DNA of 64,000 nt from the human T2T-CHM13v2.0 reference genome, Homo sapiens: NCBI RefSeq assembly GCF_009914755.1, contig NC_060929.1. One strand, written 5' to 3'. Below the pieces are notes generated by a model. That model did not search any database, was not told the DNA's origin, and saw nothing but the letters and a program-made list of their open reading frames with translations. This document shows positions 58,388 to 64,000 of the stretch, piece after piece (positions within the stretch are counted from its first letter, which is position 1; every line of letters starts with the position of its first letter). The translations under genes and the position numbers were made by a program.

Positions 58388-60427
58388 ACAGATCCTATGG
58401 AATGCATCCTCCACCCTCAACTCCCATTCATGGACCTACTTTCTTGTTTCTTTGCATGTCTTGTAATTTTTTATAGAAAACTGGACATTTAAATAAAATA
58501 TTGTGGCAATTCTGGAAGTTGGATTCTCCTCTCTTCCCAGGGCTTGCTGCTATTGCTATTTGTTTGTTTAGTGACTTTTCTCAAATCCTTTGGTTAAGTC
58601 TGTATTCTTTGGCATGTGTGGCCACTGAAGTCTCTGCTCTGTTGGGTTAGTGGTCAGATAATGATTAACAGAGATTTCCCTAATGCCTGGGATTAATAGG
58701 CCTCCCAGTCTTTGCCAAGGGCCCCATGTGTGTTGGCACATGCCTTCAACACTCAGCCAGGTAGTTTAAAACTCTGTCTTAGCCTTCATTTCTTGTTTGC
58801 ACAGATTTTCAAGATCATCTAAAGGTGACAGCTTAGGGCTCTCTAAGGTATTTTCTGAGTATGCAGAGTCCTGTGTATACTTAGTGCTAAGCATGTGCAT
58901 TACCTTCCAGATTCCTAGGCATATAACAGAACTTTTCAAAATCCCCATGGACATCTTATTCCATATCTTTTCATTGTAAGCTTTTAGTTTTTCTATTGTT
59001 TATCCCAATAGTTATCCACCACCTCTGGCAGCCACAAAATTAAATGATTGCCTCTAATTGTTCTGACAAATCTGGAAAAATGGCTTTTTCCACTAGATGA
59101 GCTCCATGTTGAATCACATCAAATAAAGAAAAACTTGCAGGTGGGGTCCTCCAGGGAGCAATTAGGCAGGTTAAATAATGTCATTTCTATGGTAATGAGT
59201 CTCTGAAAGAGATCTGAGCCTATTTAGTTTCTTCTGGTGGTTACCGGGAGTAGGCGGGGGCTGCTGCTTTTCAGCCATGGTTGAGGCTGTTGGTTTTCAA
59301 GCCTACCACCCAGCTAGAGAGGAAGGATATAAACAGGGCAAAGTTAAAATGCTACAAATTTCACTGTTTTTACTGAGATTCAGCCATCTTTCTTGAATAA
59401 ACACATTCCAGATTACTGAAAGCCTTTGATTAATTTCTAGAGTTCTGAAAAAGTTGACTGAAAATTTTTTCCTGTTTTTATGAAGAATTTTTGGAGATCA
59501 TTACTCTGCCATTCTCTCTGACATTTCTCCTCTGTAGCTTATTTAAGGCCACATATTTTGCCACTCAAATGGTTGTGTCTTTATCATATTTTTGCACAGT
59601 TAACTTCTACTGATCCTTAAGGCTCAACCAAAAGGTCACTTCCTTGAGCAATAAAACACTTTCTGCAAATTAAATTCAGTGCAGAAGCTCATTAAATGAA
59701 TCAAATGCTATTCCAGCTGTTTTTGTTCAATGAGTGAATATGGAGAACTTGATCCATGCCAGATTGTTATGAACCTTTCCCACTCTTCCCCATCTCCTCC
59801 CAACAGTAGCCCTTGAAGCAGGGCCTCTGAGCGCCTGAGGCTCTGCAGATTATAGCAAGAAACTCTGAGCTAGGAGAATGCTTGGTGAGAATTTTAAAAA
59901 GCAATATATTCAAGCAATAGGCAGTCAGTTGGGCTGGATAGCATTTATTCTAACCATTCTAACCAGAAATTATATCTTTTCCTGACTAGAGAGGAGAATT
60001 ACTCTGATGATTTACCAGCAAAGCCATAATGCTTTTTAGAAAATTATAGAACATACGTACATTATTAATACAGCCCCCGTCCCCAAAAGTAGCCACTTCA
60101 TATTAGAAACATAAATACAAGCAACTTTTCTTAATCGATTGTGAAGATTATTGTGGAGAAATACTGCCTGAAGGAATTTTGAAGACCATTGGCACAGGTA
60201 TGTTGATACTACTACTGTTTTGGATCACATCTTGGTTTTTCAAATTTAAATAATTTGAAAGAATCAAGCTGAACATCCCCTGGGATATATGAACCCTACT
60301 TTGGAGACCACAACATTAAATTTGTTTTAAAAGAAGTAGTCTGCAATGTTAACTCTAGGTGAATGTATAGCATTTTCAATGTCCAGAATTAAGAAAGTCG
60401 GGCATTAATTGATTTTATATAACTTAT

Positions 60428-61059
60428 TGAAGTGGCCTCATTGTCTGGGGTGACACCTGAGGTTTGTTGTTTCATGGCCACAGAGATCAAGGGCACCAGA
60501 CACACAAAGAGTGAGGTTAAGAGTGGAAATTTAATAGGCAAAAGAAAGAGAATAGCTCTCTGCCACAGAGAGGGGTCCCAGAAAAATGGGTTGCCAATCT
60601 GTGGTGAAATGCAGGGAATTTCATAGATGAGCTAGTGGGGAGGTGGTGTCTGATCTACATAGGGTGTGAAGAACTGGTTAGGACCAGCTGTGCCATCTGC
60701 ATAGGGCGCAAATCTCTGGCAGCCTCCACCACAATCTTTTATTATGCAGGTGGGTTTTCTGCCTGAGCTTCTCCATGTTTCCCATTTCTTTCTGAGCACG
60801 TGCTAACAAAAAAGGGAAGATGGAGCTTCCATGGTGGATATGCCTAGCCCCAGGTAGCCCTTTTCTGTTGGTGCAGCTGCCAGTATTCCTCTGTGCAAGC
60901 TTCCAGCTTCCTTATCTATGTTTGCAGCTTGATCTTTCAGGCTGCTCTTTGTTAAAAAAGAAATGATTTCTAGAACTGCTTTTTGTTAGAAGGAGTTCTC
61001 CCAAGGACTCTTTTGCCCTCACTATCTGCCTAAATAATTTCTTTGTATTTCCTGTATCA
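60428..61059 (-). mobile_element. ERV1 solo LTR (MER61/LTR9-group-like)
   Basis: Minus strand starts TGATACAGG and ends CA; perfect 4-bp TSD ttat at 60424-60427 and 61060-61063. Confidence 0.8.
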
Positions 61060-61844
61060 TTATATATAACATAACATTTATAGACTAGCATAACATGTTG
61101 TGGAGAGAAAAAAATCATCAGCAAAGTAGTACCAATAAGTAATTGTTGATTATGGTAATATCACTATTTCAAACAATTTTTTTCATACACTGCTCAAAGG
61201 AACAAAAAATGTAGACTTATGGGATTAATATAAAAGATATTCATTTATGCCTAGAGTCTAAAGCAAAGCAAAGCAAAATTGAGGTTGACCAATTATCCTG
61301 TGAAGTTTATCACTGAAGAAATCTACCCTAGGTAACTCAAGAAATAATTAAATCCTTTCTTCCTAATAGTAGATATTTTTGTCTGAATAACTCAGACAAC
61401 TGCATCAATATTTCAATCAGCATTATCCATAGAATCACTTGATTTATTTTTTTCATTACTAAAGAAATTTTTGAAAGTTTAATTTTATCCATATCATCAC
61501 CAATATTTGGTGTTAAGTTTCAGCCATATTAATGGATGGTGCTAACTCAGTTTTAATTTGCATTTATAAGACGGCTAATGATACTGAGTGCCATTTCACC
61601 CATTTATTGGCTATATGTTTACCTTTTGTGAAAATTCTAAGTCCTTTGTCCAGTTTTTTTCCCATAAGTTATTGGGGTGCAGGTGGCATTTGGCTGCATG
61701 AGTAAATTCTTTAGTGGTGATTGGTGAGATTTTGGTGCACCTATCACCTGAGCAGTATACACTGCACCATATTTGTAGTCTTCTATCCCTCGCCCCCCTC
61801 CCACTCTTCCTCACAAGTCCCCAAAGTCTACTTCATCATTCTTC

Positions 61845-62145
61845 TTTTTTTTTTTTTTTTTTTTGAGACAGAGTCTCACTCTGTCGCCCAGTCTGGAGTG
61901 CAGTGGCGCGATCTCTGCTTACTGCAAGCTCTGCCTCCTGGGTTCATGACACTCTCCTGCCTCAGCCTCCTGAGTAGCTGGGACTACAGGCACCCGCCAC
62001 CACGCCTGGCTAATTTTTTGTATTTTTAGTAGAGACGGGGTTTCACCATGTTAGCCAGCATGGTCTCGATCTCCTGACTTCGTGATCCACCCGTCTCAGC
62101 CTCCCAAAGTGTTGGGATTACAGGCGTGAGCCACCGCGCCTGGCC
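61845..62145 (-). mobile_element. AluY-like
   Basis: cactgcaagctctgcc and atgttagccagcatggtctcgatctcc diagnostics; TSD core catcattctt. Confidence 0.92.
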
Positions 62146-62446
62146 TATTGCATCATTCTTATGCCTTTGCATCCTCATAGCTTAGCTCCCACATGTCAGT
62201 GAGAATATATGATGATTGGTTTTCCGTTCCTGAGTTACTTCACCTAGAATAACAGTCTGCAATCTCATCCAGGTCACTGTAAATGCTGTTAACTCATTCC
62301 TTTCTGTGGCTGTGTAGTATTTTATTACATATATATATACACACACACACATGTCAATCACAGTTTCTTTATCCACTCATTCTTTGATGGGCATTTGGGT
62401 TGGTTCCACGATTTTGCAATTGTGAATTGTAAATTCACAATTTACA

Positions 62447-62617
62447 GCAGAGCTTGCAGTGAGCAAAGATCGCGCCACTGCACTCCAGCCTGGGTGACAG
62501 AGCGAGACTCTGTCTCAAAAAAAAAAAAAAAAAAAAGAATGATGAAGTAGACTTTGGGGACTTGTGAGGAAGAGTGGGAGGGGGGTGAGGGATAGAAGAC
62601 TACAAATATGGTGCAGT
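62447..62617 (+). repeat. Inverted duplicate of 61761-61934 (L1PB/AluY junction)
   Basis: Reverse-complement match that includes the Alu-tail/L1 junction, with a few substitutions. Confidence 0.93.
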
Positions 62618-63039
62618 TGTAAATATGTGTGTGCAAGTATCCTTTTCAAATAATGACTTCTTTTCCTCTGGGTAGATACCCAGTAGTGGGATTGCCGGAT
62701 GAAATGGTAGTTCTACTTTTAGCTCTTTAAGGAATCTCCATAATGTTTTCCCTAGCAGCTGTACTAGCTTACATTCCCACCAGCAGTGTAGAAGTGTTCC
62801 CTGTTTACCACATCCATGCCAGCATCTACAGTTTTTTAATTTTTTTATCATGGCCTTTCTTGCAGGAGTGAAGTGGTATCACACTGTGGTTTTGATTTGC
62901 ATTTCCCTGATCATTAGTGATGTTGAGCATTTCTTCATATGTTTGTTGGCCATTTCTACATCTTCTTTTGAGAATTATCTATTCATGTCCTTAACCCACT
63001 TTTTAATGGGATTGTTTGTTTTTTCTTTTATATGTATAT

Positions 63040-64000
63040 ATATTTATTATACTATAAGTTCAAGGGTACATGTGCACAATGTGCAGGTTTGGTACATGTG
63101 TATACATGTGCCATGTTGGTGTGCTGCACCCACTAACTCATCTTTTACATTAGGTATATCACCTAATGCTATCCCTCCCCCATCCCCCCACCCCACAAGA
63201 GGCCCCATTGTGTGACGTTACCCTTCCTATGTCCAAGTGTTCTCATTGTTCAATTCCCACCTGTGAGTGAGAACATGCAGTGTTTGGTTTTTTGTCCTTG
63301 TGATAGTTTGCTGAGAATGATGGTTTCCAGCTTCATCCATGTCCCTACAAAGGACATGAACTCATCATTTTTTATGGCTGCATAGTATTCCATGGTGTAT
63401 ATGTGCCACATTTTCTTAATCCAGTCTATCATTGGGGTTGGTTTCAAGTCTTTGCTATTGTGAATAGTGCCGCAATAAACATATGTGTGCGTGTGTCTTT
63501 ATAGCAGCATGATTTATAATCCTTTGGGTATATACCCAGTAATGGGATGGCTGGGTCAAATGGTATTTCTAGTTCTAGATCCCTGAGGAATCACCACACT
63601 GACTTCCACAATGGTTGAACTAGTTTACAGTCCCACCAACAGTGTAAAAGTGTTCCTATTTCTCCACATCCTCTCCAGCACCTGTAGTTTCCTGACTTTT
63701 TAATGATCACCATTCTAACTGGTGTGACATGGTATCTCATTGTGGTTTTGATTTGCATTTGTCTGATGGCCAGTGATGATTAGCATTTTTTCATGTGTCT
63801 GTTGGCTGCATAAATGTCTTCTTTTGAGAAGTGTCTATTCATATCCTTCACCCACTTTGTGATGGGGTTTTTTGTTTTTTTCTTGTAAATTTGTTTGTGT
63901 TCTTTGTAGATTCTGGATATTAGCCCTTTGTCAGATGAGTAGATTGCAAAAATGTTCTCCCATTCTGTGGGTTGCCTGTTCACTCTGATGGTAGTTTCTT
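63040..64000 (-). mobile_element. Young L1PA 3' end, runs off the window
   Basis: Highly similar to 7195-8160; ORF2 C-terminal peptides. Confidence 0.95.

Larger units (their letters stand above)
57732..59520 (-). mobile_element. Old L1M 5'UTR/ORF1 start, same family as 3340-4250
   Basis: aactctgtcttagccttcatttcttgtttgc is the reverse complement of the motif near 3755-3785. Confidence 0.75.
61655..63025 (-). mobile_element. L1PB-type 3' end
   Basis: cataagttattggggtgcaggtggc...; ORF 62600-62851 [18 protein letters not shown]. Confidence 0.88.

Noticed and set aside
60135-60203. Possible coding exon (CEDYCGEILPEGILKTIGT, donor cag|gtatgt)
   Set aside because: No credible acceptor, peptide not recognised, no partner exons

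Overview
Primate (simian, probably catarrhine) nuclear DNA that looks intergenic or deep-intronic. I recognise no host protein-coding gene; the longer ORFs in the track are mostly L1 ORF1/ORF2 remnants or chance Alu/LTR frames. The window is dominated by interspersed repeats: two full-length but inactivated L1PA elements in opposite orientation (7166-13323 minus; 49837-56195 plus), a third L1PA 3' end cut by the window edge, about 18 Alu/FLAM copies, older L1M/L1PB pieces, MaLR and ERV1 solo LTRs including a HERV-H LTR7, DNA transposon fossils (MER20, MER2, MER102, MER45, Tigger3) and MIR/L2 relics. I found no new multi-gene system. The most notable signals are mechanistic: two ultra-short twin-primed L1 insertions about 300 bp apart, a (TTAGGG)3 insert whose left junction is complementary to the sequence next to the telomerase RNA template, several templated-insertion or fold-back repair scars (including a ~170 bp inverted duplication and a 26 bp copy taken from 2.9 kb away), a deeply nested transposon stack that puts an LTR7 promoter 80 bp upstream of a full-length L1, a near-perfect 3x78 bp tandem repeat, and a divergent pair of CTCF-like motifs. 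Repeat family names come from remembered consensus sequences, not database searches, and boundaries of old repeats are approximate.
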